DNA of 51,838 nt from Octopus bimaculoides (taxonomy: Eukaryota). Location of the stretch: NCBI RefSeq assembly GCF_001194135.2, contig NC_069009.1, positions 5,847,500 to 5,899,337 of the forward strand. Reading direction: 5' to 3'. Below the pieces are notes generated by a model, which did no database searches, was not told the DNA's origin, and saw nothing but the letters and a program-made list of their open reading frames with translations. Of this stretch, positions 50,012 to 51,838 are shown piece after piece (the first letter of the stretch is position 1; every line of letters begins with the position of its first letter). The translations under genes were made by a program, and so were the position numbers.

Positions 50012-50756
50012 GGATCTAGTTCAAAACGGGGGCACCAGTTTTCATTTATGTTTTACGTAGTGTTTTTGGTAGCGAAAGACTTTCAAACTTCGTATACTTA
50101 TCTATTTTGTGTTATAGAACAGAAAAAAATTTTTGTATTCGAATTTATTTCATGTAAAAAATTGTCTTATTTCGATAATTTCAACCAATCACTGACAAGT
50201 ATTCAGCTGTTTACAGTTACTCCTTTGGCAGTTTAAGCGGTGTAAAGCGTATTTAATCTCCAAGGGTTAGGGTTAGGGTGAGGGTTAGTCCTAGAAATAG
50301 CAACCAAATATTCCTCAAATCACGGTACATAGAAAATTAGCGAAAAGTTGTTGAACAGAAAATAAATACAAACACAGGTAAGCACAGCGTATATAATTGA
50401 CTTGCTCCTTCCCTCAAAAACCAGGCCTTGTGCCTATAATAGAAAGGTTCATTAGCTACTGCCAATATGCTTCAGCCATTTTTTGACAAGGAAATCATAA
50501 TTTTATCACCGCCAGAATCGTTTGAGAATTGTTTGTTTACGTAGTCAGCACTTAATGTATTCGGCTGAATGGACGTCAGTCATTGGTTGAAATTACAGAA
50601 ATACGACAACTTTAACATGAAATAACTTGCGATGTACGTTTTTTTGTTAAGAAGACTAAGAGAAAAAGATGTTTTATATGGCACATTCTACCAGTGTCCC
50701 AAGTTTCAAAGTGTTTCGTTAAGAAAATACTGGTGCCCCCGTTTTGAACTAGATCC
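50012..50756. mobile_element. Non-autonomous DNA transposon with 28-bp perfect TIR and 8-bp TSD (Merlin- or MULE-like)
   Basis: GGATCTAGTTCAAAACGGGGGCACCAGT at 50012-39 and reverse complement at 50729-56; CCTACATA at 50004-11 and 50757-64; imperfect IR continues ~180 bp. Confidence 0.9.
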
Positions 50757-51159
50757 CCTACATAAAAATATCTTGAAATATAAAGAGTAAATTTATTCAA
50801 TAAAATCGCCATTGGCTTCAACCACGGCCTTTAAACGACTTTGGAATCTTCTGGACAGTCTCCTTGCAACTCTTCTGGATGGTCTACTTGTTTAAGTGAA
50901 TGCTGCCATAATTCTTGCCTTCAGTTCATCTTTGGTGTTCCAAGGAGTTTTGTTGGTCTCTCGCTGAAATGCGCCCCACACATAATAATCAAGGAGGTTG
51001 CAGTCTGGAGAGTTAGGTGGCCAGATGTTAGGGGTGATGTGGTCACAGAAATTGTTTGACAGCCATGACTGGGTTATCCTGCTTGTGTGGCATGGTACAG
51101 AGTCCTGTTGGCAGACATCGGGTCTGCTGGCAGCCACCCTCTTCACCCAGGGCAGCACT
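50757..51159 (-). pseudogene. maT (DD37D) transposase C-terminal fragment
   Basis: VLPWVKRV...QQD-x37-D (WPPNSPDCNLLDYYVWG); exactly 37 residues between the two Asp. Confidence 0.9.
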
Positions 51160-51419
51160 TTCCATTGCATTGTTGCCTTTATTGAACTCATAAAGCAAAA
51201 TATGCCAAATATACTCCTTTGTCACTTCCATTATAACTTTAAAAAAAAACCTGTTAAAATCAAACTGCACTCTTCAAAACTTGCACTAGGAATAAGGCAA
51301 GGTAAAATTACTACCTGTTTTAATAGCAAGTTGATGCAGGTAGTTTTTCCCATCCCCTTCCGGCTTTTAGCTCATGTAGTTGAAAAAAAAAAACCCAGAT
51401 TATTCATGGGATGACCCAA
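51154..51419 (-). mobile_element. Mariner (Mos1/Hsmar-like) left end: TIR plus first ~25 transposase codons
   Basis: TA(51420-21)-ttgggtcatcccatgaataatctgggtt; ATG at 51231 gives MEVTKEYIWHILLYEFNKGNNAMES, like the mariner N-terminal HTH. Confidence 0.75.
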
Positions 51420-51838
51420 TACTTTTTACCATACACAAAATATTTGAACAATTTCTTTTATACAATTTTTTATATTTCATCCCAAAAATATAACTGGATT
51501 TGTTAAACATCAAATGGCTATGAGGGAACATCTGAGCAAAATATGAATCAAAATAGTTTAATATATATATATAATAATAGAAATAATATGTGAGTATGTG
51601 CATATATACGTACATGTATGTACATACCTACATCTACATGTATATATAGATGCATATCTGGGTACAGGACGTCACAAAAAAACGTGGACTGAAACAAGTA
51701 AAGTATATATGTATATATATATATATATATATATAAGATTAAGATTAATGTAATATAAAGCTGAAGCAAATTAACACCAAATATACAGTGCGTGTGTTTT
51801 TATTGGCTAAACTGGCAATATGACCATCCCCAAGTACA

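Noticed and set aside
50264-50288. TTAGGG repeats as a telomere or telomere-healing site
   Set aside because: Only about four units, internal to a TIR element with an intact TSD

Overview
Eukaryotic, AT-rich, gene-poor draft-assembly DNA with about 20 N-gaps (~10 kb in total), nearly all beside microsatellites or tandem repeats. The repeat families and (TA/CA/CATA/GAT/AAT)n load resemble an octopod genome such as Octopus (inference, not verified). No intact host gene is supportable; one 57-nt candidate exon is weak. The window is a dense mosaic of mobile elements: at least five tRNA/RTE-derived SINE-like families (called A-E here), 3' fragments of CR1, RLE-type and a probable RTE-type LINE (the last ending in two C2H2 fingers), two DD37D maT fragments, a mariner left end, piggyBac-, Tc1- and Merlin/MULE-like MITEs, a Helentron-like element, and several TE-derived minisatellites. 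The most notable signal is a set of hammerhead-ribozyme motifs of the Penelope-associated minimal type I kind: one with a fully intact core (6748-6831), one degenerate (1665-1700), and two inside a 488-bp palindromic element (tRNA-like Pol III head + (AAT)n + hammerhead, head-to-head) flanked by a 9-bp target-site duplication (37624-38111).
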